Positions 9,897-21,662 of a DNA stretch of 64,000 nt are shown here, piece by piece (the stretch's first letter is position 1; each line of letters begins with the position of its first letter). A program made the position numbers and the translations under genes. The stretch is from Mustelus asterias (Eukaryota). Location of the stretch: NCBI RefSeq assembly GCF_964213995.1, contig NW_027590123.1, forward strand, positions 62,001 through 126,000. Reading direction: 5' to 3'. The notes below the pieces were generated by a model. The model searched no databases. It saw nothing but the letters and a program-made list of their open reading frames with translations, and had not been told where the DNA came from.

Positions 9897-10450
9897 TAGG
9901 TCATTACCTGGAAGCTGCTGCCTCAGAGGGTTGTGGAAGTGCAAATGATCCATGATTAATCTTCAAGCCGACAGCCACGTTAAAGTTTTACATTTGGCCA
10001 TAAATGAGCAGATTGATGCTGTGTGTAATGCACTGTATTACCTGGTTACAGATACATGAAGAATGTGAGGAGGATTTTTATTTAGGCAGCGAGTGTTAAC
10101 CTGGAAGTTAAAAATTGAAGCTCAAAATGAACATGGAAAGGGGGAGAAAAGAAAGTGTTTTACTCACAGATGTTATAGACAGGAGGAAGTTTGAGTCTGT
10201 CTGAAGCTCAATCTTCATTCAGAGAGAAGCAGCAGCAGCTTTGCTGGGCAGGAATGAGCTCATTGTCCACTTCCGCAGTCAGAAAACGCGGGAGCTTTGA
10301 TTGGCTGGAGGACCAGACTCCTTCCGGTCCTCCAGGTCTTTCCATTGGTCAACACCTCAGCATGAGGATCAGGGGTTGGGCTTTCTCCCGCACATGCGCA
10401 GCTTCCTCTCGCCTTTGAACATGCGCAGTCCTGGGCCGGGGGAGCCGGGG
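9897..10450 (-). promoter_or_regulatory. orphan promoter/exon-1/intron module, inverted copy of 3716..4330; leftward arm of a divergent promoter
   Basis: direct alignment to 3716..4330 without the tRNA; NRF1-type catgcgca at about 10394 and 10420. Confidence 0.65.
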
Positions 10451-10843
10451 AGATCACGGAGCAGCTTCTCACTCTGGCCGGAGCCGCCAGCCGGTTGCCT
10501 GGAAACCTTGGCTGGAGGAGGTGGAAGGGGGAGGGGAACAATGGTTGGGGGCGGGGCTCCCGGGTCCGCGCGGCGGAGATCCCACCCCCTGACCTTGGGG
10601 GAGTGGACAGAGTAAAACTTCCTCCTGCCTTAAAAGAGGCAACATCTGTGAGTAAAACACTTTCTTTTCTCCCCCTTTCCATTTATTTTCTCATTCTGGG
10701 GGAAATTGGGGACTTGCAGCAACTGAAGGTAAAGGAAGTGAATCCAGTCTGTACATTCCACACATTGTTACTCCAGTCAGATAGACATATATCTGTCTGG
10801 CAGCCTGCATGGAGATTTCCAGCTCTCTGTGTCCAGGACAGGA

Positions 10844-11630
10844 GTAAGAAGTCTTACAACACCAGGTTAAAGTCCAACAGGTTTATTCGGTAGCAAAAGC
10901 CACGAGCTTTCGGAGCGCTCGCTGCTCCTTCATCAGGTGAGTGGGATTTCAGTTCACAAACAGGGCATATAAAGACACAAATTCAATTTACAAGATAATG
11001 GTTGGAATACGAATCTTTACAGGTAATCAAGTCTTAAAGGTCCAGACAATGTGAGTGGAGAGAGGGTTAAGCACAGGTTAAAGAGATGTGTATTGTCTCC
11101 AGCCAGGACAGTTAGTGAGATTTTGCAAGCCCAGGCAAGTCGTGGGGGTTACAGATAGTGTGACATGAACCCAAGATCCCGGTTGAGGTGGTCCTCACGT
11201 GTGTGGAACTTGGCTATCAGTTTCTGCTCAGTGACTCTGCGCTGTCGTGTGTCATGAAGGCCGCCTTGGAGAACGCTTATCCGAAGATCAGAGACTGAAT
11301 GCCTGAGACTGCTGAAGTGCTCCCCAACAGGAAGAGAACAGTCTTGCCTGGTGATTGTCGAGCGGTGTTCATTCATCCGTAGTCATAGCGTCTGCATGGT
11401 CTCCCCATTGTACCGTGCCTCGGGACATCCTTTCCTGCAGCGTATCAGGTAGACAATGTTGGCCAAGTTGCAAGTGTATGTACCGTGTCCCTGGTGGATG
11501 GTGTTCTCACGTGAGATGATGGCATCCGTGTCGATGATCTGGCACGGCTTGCAGAGGTTGCTGTGGCAGGGTTGTGTGGTGTCGTGGTCACTGTTCTCCT
11601 GAAGGCTGGGTAGTTTGCTGCGGACAAGCT
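10844..11630 (-). mobile_element. Penelope-like retroelement, 3' part (GIY-YIG endonuclease plus terminal region)
   Basis: minus-strand CKPC..NIVYLIRC..YNGETMQTLRLRMNEHRS..PVGEHF..LNRDLG; flanked by duplicated caggacagga (10834..10843 and 11632..11641). Confidence 0.9.
10901..10939 (-). ncRNA. minimal type I hammerhead ribozyme of the Penelope-like element
   Basis: CAC-CUGAUGA-A-GGAGC(AGCGAGC)GCUCC-GAAA-GC-UC-GUG: intact core, 5-bp stem II, palindromic AGCU stem III, CAC/GUG stem I. Confidence 0.75.
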
Positions 11631-11652
11631 ACAGGACAGGAAGAAAATGCAG

Positions 11653-11718
11653 GACAGGAAGCAGTGAGCATGGATCTGTCAATCAGCCTCAATCAGCACC
11701 TTCAGGAGAATTGGGAGG
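11653..11718 (+). other. putative 66-nt internal 5' exon carrying uATG (MDLSISLNQHLQENWE)
   Basis: cag|GACAGG...GGGAGG|gtgaat; same length at 21065..21130(+) and 31118..31183(-). Confidence 0.55.
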
Positions 11719-12155
11719 GTGAATATTAGATACAGCTGAGTGAGAATGGAGGGAGAGTGTGTGGGATGGAGATTCACAGCTTTTGGGGAATGAGAGAAGA
11801 AACATAGAGAAAGTAGAATTGCCGATTCTGAATTTCTATCCTGTACTGACAGTGATTATTTTTGTAAACTCCTTTCACAGGATACCAGAAGGTGGAGGAT
11901 TTACGGACAGAAATCTCAAACCAAACATTAAGTCAAGATCTGACAGAATTACTCGATTCATTGGGATCTGAATGTTATCGGCCTTTAAATCCTGATGGAG
12001 AAATGTTTCTCTCTTCTGTCTACTTCTGAAGACTTTAAACATCAGTGTGACTGGGAAGTTACTGAGACACACACACATCCGAGTGAGAGTGTTCCATTGC
12101 ACTGACTGTGGAAAAATTCAACTGATTGTTTAACCTGGAGAATCTCAAGGACACC

Positions 12156-13424
12156 ATGGAGAAACCATGGAAATGTGGGGACTGTGGGAAGGGATTCAGG
12201 TTCCCATTTCAGCTGGAAATTCATCGACGCAGTCACACTGGGGAGAGACCGTTCACCTGCTCTGTGTGTGGGAAGGGATTCACTCAGTTATCCAGGCTGC
12301 GCGCACACAATCTCACTCACACCCGGGAGAGACTCTTTAAATGCCCTGACTGTGGGAGTGGTTTCAAAAGCACTGCAGAACTTGTAACCCACCAGCGCAT
12401 TCACACTGGGGAGAGACCGTTCAACTGCTCTCACTGCTCAAAGGGATTTAAAAGGTTATACACTCTGCAGAGACACCAGCGAGTTCACACTGGGGAGAGA
12501 CCATTCACCTGCTCTGTGTGTGGGAAGGGATTTGCACAGTCATCCAGCCTGCTGAGTCACAATATAACCCACACCAATGAGAGACCCTTTAAATGCTCTG
12601 ACTGTGGGAGCAGCTTCAAACGTGCTGCGGATCTGAGGGACCACCGGCGCAATCACACTGAGGAGAGTCCGTTGAGCTGTTCTCACTGCACTAAAAAATT
12701 TAGAACATCATCCACACTGCGGAAACATGAACGAGTTCACACCGGGGAGACACCTTTCACCTGCACCATGTGTGGGAAGGGATTCACTCAGTTAAGCCAT
12801 CTCTGGAGACACCAGCGAGTTCACACGGGGGAAAGGCCATTTACCTGCACTGTGTGTGGGCAGGGGTTCACTCAGTTAAACAATCTCCTGAGACACCAGC
12901 GAGTTCACACTGGGGAGAGGCCATTCACCTGCACCATATGTGGGCAGGGATTCACTCAGTCATCCGACCTGCGAATACACCAGCGAATTCACACTGGGGA
13001 GAGACCGTTCATCTGCTCTGTGTGTGGGAAAGAATTCAATGATTCATCCACCCTGCGGGCACACCAACATATTCACACCGGGGAGAGGCCATTCAAATGC
13101 TCTCTGTGTGGGAAGGGATACGTTCACTCTTCTGACCTGCAGACACACCAGCGAATTCACACTGGGGAGAAACCGTTCAGTTGCTCTCACTGCACAAAGA
13201 GGTTTAATAGGTCATCCGACCTGCTGGCACACCAGCGAGTTCATACTGGGGAGAGACCATTCAGTTGTTCTCATTGCACAAAGAGGTTTCATCGGTCATC
13301 TGACCTGCTGAAACACCAGCCAGTTCACACTGGGGAGAAACCGTTCACCTGCTCCATGTGTGGGAAGGGATTCACTCAGTCATCCAGCCTACGGGTACAC
13401 CAGCGGGTTCACACCAGGGAGTGA
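12156..13424 (+). CDS. C2H2 zinc-finger protein, 15 fingers
   Basis: ACCATGG start, MEKPWKCGDCGKGF; ORF ends at a TGA inside a linker. Confidence 0.9.
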   Translation: MEKPWKCGDCGKGFRFPFQLEIHRRSHTGERPFTCSVCGKGFTQLSRLRAHNLTHTRERLFKCPDCGSGFKSTAELVTHQRIHTGERPFNCSHCSKGFKRLYTLQRHQRVHTGERPFTCSVCGKGFAQSSSLLSHNITHTNERPFKCSDCGSSFKRAADLRDHRRNHTEESPLSCSHCTKKFRTSSTLRKHERVHTGETPFTCTMCGKGFTQLSHLWRHQRVHTGERPFTCTVCGQGFTQLNNLLRHQRVHTGERPFTCTICGQGFTQSSDLRIHQRIHTGERPFICSVCGKEFNDSSTLRAHQHIHTGERPFKCSLCGKGYVHSSDLQTHQRIHTGEKPFSCSHCTKRFNRSSDLLAHQRVHTGERPFSCSHCTKRFHRSSDLLKHQPVHTGEKPFTCSMCGKGFTQSSSLRVHQRVHTRE

Positions 13425-13640
13425 CTGCTCACCTGCTCTCTGTGTGGGAAGGGATTCACTCAGTCATCCAGCCTACGGGTACACCAGCGGGTTCACACCA
13501 GGGAGTGACTGCTCACCTGCTCTGTGTGTGGGAAGGGATTCACTCAGTCATCCAGCCTACGGGTACACCAGCGGGTTCACACCAGGGAGTGACTGCTCAC
13601 CTGCTCTGTGTGTGGGAAGGGATTCACTCAGTCAGCAAAC
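13345..13640 (+). repeat. near-perfect 84-bp tandem triplication of one finger
   Basis: unit ...GGGAAGGGATTCACTCAGTCATCCAGCCTACGGGTACACCAGCGGGTTCACACCAGGGAGTGACTGCTCACCTGC x3. Confidence 0.9.
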
Positions 13641-14159
13641 TTGGTGAGAGACAGCAAGTTCACAAATGATTATAGTTCTGGGATTATTCTTGTGAATCTT
13701 TATTGCGCCTTTTCCGTTGTCTCTATTTCCTTTTCTAAATGGAGATTACAAATGTTGACAGTGCTCCCACTGCAGTCCTGTGATGAAAATATAGACTGGT
13801 TGGTGAAATGTAGATAACAGGTAGAATTGATATCTAATGAGGACTTTATACTTTAGAATTGAATACAGGGCTCATTGTTACTAACGGGGAAAGAAGGGTT
13901 AAAACCCTTACCCAGAACCCTTTTCACACACACGTGGACATCTCTGAATCTGACACACACCAAATGGAACGTTACACAAGGGGCTGGAATTCACTGGAAT
14001 TTCTTAACAACCTTTCAATAGAAATGTCCTGGTACAGACTGTGACAAAGGACACAACAGACAGCAAGAACCAGGAGGAACCTTTATCCCAGGGAATGTTA
14101 ATGATCTTGTTCAGGACACCAGTGCCAGGCTTGTATCTACCTTTATGAGCACATAAAAC

Positions 14160-14335
14160 AGTCCAAAGATGTGTGGGTTAGGTGGATTGGCCGTGCCAAA
14201 TTGACCCTAGTGTTAGGGGATTAGCAGAGTAAATGTGTAGGATTACGGGAATAGGGCTTTGGTGGGATTGTGGTCAGTACAGACTCGATGGACCAAATGG
14301 CCTCCTTCTGCACTGTAGGGATCCTATGATTCTGT
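14160..14335 (+). mobile_element. HE1-like SINE, 3' half
   Basis: gtccaaagatgtgtgggttagg...ccttctgcactgtaggg. Confidence 0.8.
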
Positions 14336-14619
14336 GAATACTATTCGACATGTTTCAGATGGTGATTATCTGTGTTAGTCTGCATTTATAAACCCATTAA
14401 ATTCTGTTGTGGACTGAACAATATCTGCACAGTGTCAAAATACAAACATTTCTTTCCTCTCATTGCATCCTAAACTACAACAGTTCTGATTTCCTGAAAC
14501 ATTTCAGGCTGAGGTCAGAGTGAAGATAATTTAGCTGCAACATCGAGGTTCAGATAATGTTCAGCAACAAACTGCAACCATGCAGATGTCCCTCGCCCTA
14601 AATGAGAAAGTTTGATTAA

Positions 14620-14684
14620 TGTTCCTGCCCGGTTTCAAACGTTCGCGTGTTGGGCGAGCGTGATAACCAGTACACTACAGAAAC
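14620..14684 (-). pseudogene. tRNA-Val(AAC) pseudogene
   Basis: minus strand GTTTCTGTAGTGTACTGGTTATCACGCTCGCCCAACACGCGAACGTTTGAAACCGGGCAGGAACA; variable loop and 5' T-stem deleted, U33>C. Confidence 0.85.
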
Positions 14685-14959
14685 AACTAACTGCACCCGG
14701 GAGCCAATCGGCCTGTCTGCAATGTTCAACTCTCCTGTGTTGCTGCAGGGTCTGATGGTTCGACTGAGAACCCCTGTCACTTAATACAAGAAGACAACCG
14801 TTAATTTCCACCTAATGTCTCAACCTATCGTGAACTTCAAAATTTAAAAGCGTTCATCCAACAAATGTCTAAGGGAGCAATGATTTCTGCTCAATCATTA
14901 ATGCATCATTCTCACCTTCGAATAATTTCAGCCAATTTTACCCAGTACTTGTTTCATTG

Positions 14960-15130
14960 AATCACAGAATTCCTACAGTGCAGAAAAGACCATTCTGCCC
15001 ATCGAGTCTGCACCGACCCTCTGACAGAGGCCCCTCCACCATCCTATCGCATAACACCACACTTTTCTCATGGCTAATCTTGCTCACCTGAGGGGCAATT
15101 TAGCTCGGCCAATCCACCGAACCTGTGCAT
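14960..15130 (-). mobile_element. HE1-like SINE, 3' part, diverged
   Basis: cctacagtgcag...gagtctgcaccgacc...ggggcaatttagc. Confidence 0.7.
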
Positions 15131-15327
15131 CAGTATTCAACATTTAAAATCAATACATTTATTTAACAGATATGTCCTCATTCTGAACTGAACATCTCTG
15201 AATATGCAACATTGAATTGCAAATATGACTGACCAACAAAAGAAATCACGTCATTGGGTAATACACATCCCATGGTGCTTATTTGAGATTGGTCACAGTA
15301 AGCTTTTAACCAAAGTAAAATATCTTT

Positions 15328-16445
15328 TAGAAACATAGAAAAACTACAGCACAATACTGGCCCTTCAGCCCACAAAGTTGTGCCGAACATGTCCCTACCT
15401 TAGCGATTACTAGGCTTACCTATAACCCTCTATCTTACTAAGTTCCATGTACTTATCTAAAAGTCTCTTAAAAGACCCTATCGAATCCGCCTCCACCACC
15501 GTTGCTGGCAGCCCATTCCACGCACCCACCAGCCTCTGAGTGAAAAACTTACCCCTGACATCTCCTCTGTACCTACTCCCCAGCACCTTAAACCTGTGTC
15601 CTCTTGTGGCAACCATTTCAGCCCTGGGAAAAAGCCTCTGACTATCCACTCGATCAATACCTCTCAACATCTTATACACCTCTATCAGGTCACCCCTCAT
15701 CCTTTGTCTCTCCAAGGAGAAAAGGCCGAGCTCACTCAAGCTATCCTCATAAGACATGCTCCCCAACCCAGGCAACATCCTTGTAAATCTCCTCTGCACC
15801 CTTTCTATGGCTTCCACATCCTTCCTGTAATGAGGTGACCAGAACTGAGCACAGTACTCCAAGTGTGGTCTGACCAGGGTCCTATATAGCTGCAACATTA
15901 TCTCACGACTCCTAAGCTCAATTCCTCGATTGATGAAGGCCAGTACACCATCCGCCTTCTTAACCACAGCCTCAACCTGCACAGCTGCTTTGAGCGTCCT
16001 ATGAACTCGGACCCCAAGATCCTTCTGATCTTCCTCTCTGCCAAGAGTCCTACCATTAACATTATATTCCGCCATCCTATTTGACCTGCCAAAATGAACC
16101 ACCTCACAACTTATCTGGGTTGAACTCCATCTGCCACTTCTCTGCCCAGTCTTGCATCCTATCAATGTCTCGCTGCAACTTCTGACATCCCTCCACACTA
16201 TCCACAACACCTCCAACCTTTGTGTCATCAGCAAACTTACCAACCCATCCCTCCACTTCCTCATCCAGGTCATTTATAAAAATCACAAAGAGTAAGGGTC
16301 CCAGAACCGATCCCTGGGGCACTCCACTGGTGACTGACCTCCATGCAGAATATGACCCATCTATAACCACTCTTTGCCTTCTGTGGGCAAGCCAGTTCTG
16401 GATCCACAAAACAATGTCCCCTTGGATCCCATGCCCCCTCACTTT
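15328..16445 (-). mobile_element. 5'-truncated CR1 LINE (RT C-terminus plus tail)
   Basis: SGVPQGSVLGPLLF, KFADDTK, RPHLEYCAQFWSP. Confidence 0.95.
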
Positions 16446-17064
16446 CGCACTTTTAAGGGAAGAGATTTAACAATGATCTGTTCGTTATACTTGAAATCAC
16501 TTTATTCTGGGTGTGAAACATTCTGGCGCCTAAATCCCGTTCATCTATAGGAAAGTCTAGCAGAACTGCACTGAGTCTCGATTTCCTCATCTGCCTGAAT
16601 GGTTTTTCCGATTTCCTTATTATGATGAATGATTTTAAAAAGATGGTTTTGCACATTGTGCGCCATTTCCTCCAGTTCAGTTGAATTCTGTTCCTACATC
16701 TTATTGTCTTGACCTTCAACTTCTTCAACAAAAGTTGACTATTTAACATTAAATTCTACAGAATATTTTCATTCAATGAGTTTAAGATAATTCATTGAAA
16801 AACTAACAATTTCTCATTAAATTGTACAAAACATTTTAATGGGTTTAAGTTACTTTTTAAAAGTTGGGAATTTTCCATATTAATACTATCGAAAATTTAC
16901 TTCTCAAAATGGTGAAAGTAGTTTCTAAAAAGGTGACCAATACTTGTCAAATTCTGTAGAAGAATTTCTGTTAAACATGTTGGTGGATTCTGTCCAATCG
17001 ATTATACAATGGAACCATTGGGTGTATTTCAGATTGATTGATTTCCCTGTCAAAACACTAATAT

Positions 17065-17335
17065 CAACAAGAACAAAGAAAATTACAGCACAGGAACAGG
17101 CCCTTCATCTCTCCAAGCCTGCACCGACCATGCTGACTGACTGAACTAAAACCCCCTACCCTTCCGGGGACCATATCCCTCTATTCTCATCCTATTCATA
17201 TATTTGCCAGATGCCCCTTAAAAGTCACTATTGTATCTGCTTCCACTACTTCCCCCGGCAGCAAGTTCCAGGCACTCACCACCCTCTGTGTAAAAAAACT
17301 TGCCTCGAACATCTTCAAACCTTGCCCCTCACACC
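17065..17335 (-). mobile_element. CR1 3' end
   Basis: matches 8340..8620. Confidence 0.85.
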
Positions 17336-17904
17336 TGTCAAATATCTTCTCCTGGGAACTCTGATTTGGAGCTAAGCAGACTCAATTTTAATTTCAAGCA
17401 TTTAAAATGGAAATTACCTGATGTTTAAGGGAAAGTACAAAGTTGATAATGCCTGGAATCAAACAGAAATGTTCGGTTTCTGTTTAAAGGTACTATGAGA
17501 ATATTTGATGATTTATTTGACTCGAAAGATTCTCCAGAACTCCTGAAAGTGTAGTTTAAAGCAATCCATACATTTGGGTGTTTATGAGCATTTGAGTGAA
17601 AGGGAAGTCTAGATGAGGTGAATGAGGTGGCAGTTTTCTCTTGGAGACATTTATTTCTTTGTCTATGAACAATTTGAGAGAACTGACTTTCATAATCTGG
17701 CCACCACCTGACACAGGAGGAATTAAGCAATGATACTGAGATGAAGAACCCCTTTAATCTGACTTTTGACTTTCTTCTGAAGATTCTGACAGAATTGTTG
17801 AATGGTGCATCCTTTATAAGACAGTGAAATCCAGGATGATGATTGGTAAAATACACAGCACAATCCCAAAAGACCTGATAAGCCTTCCACAAATGCAAGA
17901 CAAT

Positions 17905-18246
17905 GGGCGGCACGGTAGCACAGTGGTTAGCACTGCTGCTTCACAGCTCCAGGGTCCCGGGTTCGATTCCCGGCTCGGGTCACTGTCTGTGTGGAGTTTG
18001 CACATTCTCCTCGTGTCTGCGTGGGTTTCTCCGGGTGCTCCGGTTTCCTCCCACAGTCCAAAGATGTGCGGGTTAGGTTGATTGGCCAGGTTAAAAATTG
18101 CCCCTTCGAGTCCTGGGATGCGTAGGTTAGAGGGATTAGCGGGTAAATATGTGGGGGTAGGGCCTGGGTGGGATTGCGGTCGGTGCAGACTCGATGGGCC
18201 GAATGGCCTCCTTCTGCACTGTAGGGTTTCTATGATTTCTATGATT
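17905..18246 (+). mobile_element. full-length HE1-like (V-SINE) tRNA-derived SINE
   Basis: A box ggtagcacagtgg, B box ggttcgattcc, central ggtgctccggtttcctcccac, LINE-like tail with (tctatgatt)n. Confidence 0.9.
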
Positions 18247-18489
18247 TGTGGGAGATGGCAGAGAGATTCCAACAAGCCTGACAAAAGAACACTGTCTGGT
18301 TTAAAATAGAATGAGAGACAACATTTAACAGGGAGGGAAATGTATGAAGATGGCTTATGAATGTGAGACTCCAACAGAGGATTAAAGATGGAATTGGAAC
18401 AGTGATGTGAGATTACAGAAGTGGTTTGTAAATTGTGAATGAACTAACACCCAAGAGTACACTATGCAGCTGCACTGAAGAATGGAGTG

Positions 18490-18810
18490 TGGCATGGTGG
18501 CACAGTGGTTAGCATTGCTGCCTCACAGCGCCAAGGACCGGGTTCAATTCCGGCCTCGGGTCACTCTCTGTGTGGAGTTTACACATTTTCTCCATCTCTG
18601 TGTGGGTTTCCTCTGAATCCTCCAGTTTCCTCCCAAAGTCCAAAAATGTGTGGGTTAGTTTGATTGGCCACAGTAAATTGCCCCTTAGTGTCAGGGGGAC
18701 TAGCTGGGTAAATACTTGGGGTTATGGGGATAGGGCCTGGATGGGATTGTGGCCTGTGCAGACTCGATGGGCCACATGGCTTCCTTCTGCACTGTAATGA
18801 TTCTATGATT
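18490..18810 (+). mobile_element. HE1-like SINE, diverged
   Basis: colinear with 17905..18246. Confidence 0.85.
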
Positions 18811-20120
18811 CAAATGGGACTTGTTCAGCTACTTGACTAACAGCGCGACATAAAATGGTTAATATGGCCTGAAGAGTGAGAAATCATTTTGAAATGATAA
18901 AGGCACTGACACAGACTCCAGAGAAACTGACTGGAAGAACAGATTAAATGGAATTTTCGATTAGGTCAAATGAAGGCGAGGGAGAAATTATACTTAATCA
19001 GAATTAATTACAAGATGGATACAGGTAAAGGGACAGCTTGAGAATTTTTTCAGTCTATGAAATTTGTATGGGAATTATATGTTATCACTGCTTTTATATC
19101 CGATTATACCACTTCAATTATATCTAAACATTAGTTATGAGAAGAAGATTGTAAAGGGAAAAGAAATTGGCTACCTTGGACTAGGTCAATGAACAAAAGG
19201 GGGAAAATGCCAGAGTGAATGAATAGATTCAGTAAAAGGGGTGATAGATGTTACACCCCTACATTCGAGTAAAATCACATGTTAATCAAATGCTCTACAT
19301 CAAGGTTCTAATATCAGCAAGGTTGTTTACTTGTTTGAGGAACAAAAAGTTTCTGGATTACAGACAAGCCTTGGGTGAAGTTTTAATAATAAACCTACAT
19401 AGGAATTTTTGAACAATGTTCTGTGTTCTGACTAACAGTATAACATTGATATCTGTATTGCAGCTGAGAGCTGTGTTAGAATGCTCAGTGGGATTGGTGA
19501 GTGAACTTGGGCTTTGCAGGTTGGACTCTGGTTGTGGAGGTACTGAGTGCCCCTGGGGCAGGATTTTGGGAAATCGCCTTTGGTTCAGGACCCCGAGGAA
19601 GATTCACATTTCAACAGGGGTGGTCGCCCAATTGAGGTGATAAAAGTCACTTTTGTAGTTCATCAGTGTACCTTTTCTTAAAATAAACTTTCAAATCATT
19701 TGCTATTTCAGAGGCTTTTCTTGATAGTTAAGTCCCTTTCAAATTAATGCAGTTAGAGGGTCAATTTGGAACTGAGTAACTAGGCACTTGCAACCAAATC
19801 AAATTGAGTCTAAATATTATTAGCATGTCCTTTTAAAACTGACAGAAGAGCTCTAGAAAGTTCAAGAAAGATTCACAAGGATGTTAGCAGAGCTGAGTGC
19901 GTTTAAGTCAAAGGATAGATTGAACAGGCTGGGGATAATTTCTCCAGGAAAGAGAAGGCTGACTTGATAGAGACTTTAATGGGTATGATAGGGTTGACAT
20001 CATCAAGTCATCACTGTGATTTCAGGACAGAAATCCAGAACTGACAATTCTTGTTGTCACAGAAAATCCATCTTCATCTCAAACTATAAATCTCTGTCCC
20101 CCACAGACTCCCTCCTTCCT

Positions 20121-20285
20121 AAAGTAAAGTTTATTTATTAGTCACAAGTAAGGCTTACATTAACACTGCAATGAAGTTACTGTGAAATTCGCCCAGTCGC
20201 CACATTCCAGCGCTGTTCGGGTCAATGCACCTAACCAGCACGTCTTTCAGACTGTGGGAGGAAACTGGAGCACCTGGAGGAAACT
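20121..20285 (-). mobile_element. V-SINE variant with a different tail, partial
   Basis: shares tacattaacactgcaatgaagt..ctgtgaaa with 57823..58097. Confidence 0.7.
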
Positions 20286-20599
20286 CATGCAAGCCTATTG
20301 ATATGATTGATTGTAACACTAATTCATCCTACAATCCTCCTCCTTTTTCCCCAATTCTCCTCCCTGAAGGTGCTGACTCTCGGTTTCAGTTTCACACTCA
20401 CCTATTACCCTCCCCAATACGTCACCCAGGTGTCTAAATCTTACCACCTGAAGTTAACAAACTGTTTTGTAAAGGGGACATCGCAATCCAATCCAGTGAC
20501 TCCCCACATGTACTTTGTGTCAGGGTGGGGTCACTGCGCCCCCCACTCCCACTTTCCATCACAGTCCCAGGAGTTTAGAGACTGGGCTTCGGATGAGTA

Positions 20600-20890
20600 A
20601 TGGCGGCCGCAGCTCCCACAATCGCCCACGATGGAGAAACCACTCTATCCACCACGCGGGCGGGCCACATTGGACTGCGCATGTCCAGAGGAGAGGGGAA
20701 GCTGCGCATGTGCAAAGAGAGCGCACCCCCCCCTGACCTTCATGCTGAAGTGTTGACCAATGGAACGAGTTGGAGGACCGGAAGGACTCTGGTCCTCCAG
20801 TCAATCAGAGCGCGGGCTTTGTGTGAATGAACATCGAGATGCAGTCAGACAAAATCTTCCTTCTGTCTCTAATATCTGTGAGTAAAACAC
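20600..20890 (+). promoter_or_regulatory. promoter and first exon of the ZNF at 21663
   Basis: taatggcggc (YY1-like), two tgcgcatg (NRF1-like), CCAAT/hairpin module, donor GTGAGT at 20878. Confidence 0.65.
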
Positions 20891-21662
20891 TTTCTTTTCT
20901 CTCCCTTTCAATTTATTTTCTCATTCTGGGGGAAATTGGGGACTTGCAGCAACTGAAGGGAAAGGAAGTGAATCCAGTCTGTACATTCCACACATTGTTA
21001 GTCCAGTCAGATAGACCTATATCTGTCTGGCCGCCTGCATGGAGATTTCCAGCTCTCTGTCCAGGACAGGAAGCAGTGAGCATGGATCTGTCAATCAGCC
21101 TCAATCAGCACCTTCAGGAGAATTGGGAGGGTGAATATTAGATACAGCAGAGTGAGAATGGAGGGAGAGTGTGTGGGATGGAGATCCACAGCTTTTGGGA
21201 AATGAGGGAGGAAAGAATGTTCTATAGAAACTAGAATTGTCTGTTCTGAATTTCTATCTTGTATTGACAGTGATTACTTTAATAAATTCCTTTTACAGAT
21301 TATCAGAAGGTGAGGATTTACAGACAGAATCTCAAATCAAATGACACATCAATATCTGACAGTCATTCAATTCATCACGTCCTGAACATCATCAGCCTTT
21401 GTATCTGGAAGGAGCAATATTTCTCTGTTCTTTTTGCTTCTGGAGATTTTAAACATCAGCGTGACTGGGAATTTACCAAGTCGCACGCACACACCCGAGT
21501 GAGAGTGTTCCAGTGCACTGAGTGTGGAAAGAGCTTTAACCAGTGACACAGTCTGAAAAAAACATTGCGGCATTCACAGCGGGGAGAGACTGTACCTGTG
21601 AGAGGTTCTGTGTGAGATTTAACTGATTGTTTAACCTGGAGAGTCACAAGGACCCCCGCACC

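Noticed and set aside
17905-17975. SINE heads as tRNA genes, and the recurring MVSTAASQ/MCKLHTD ORFs as a gene family
   Set aside because: They are SINE copies with no proper cloverleaf.
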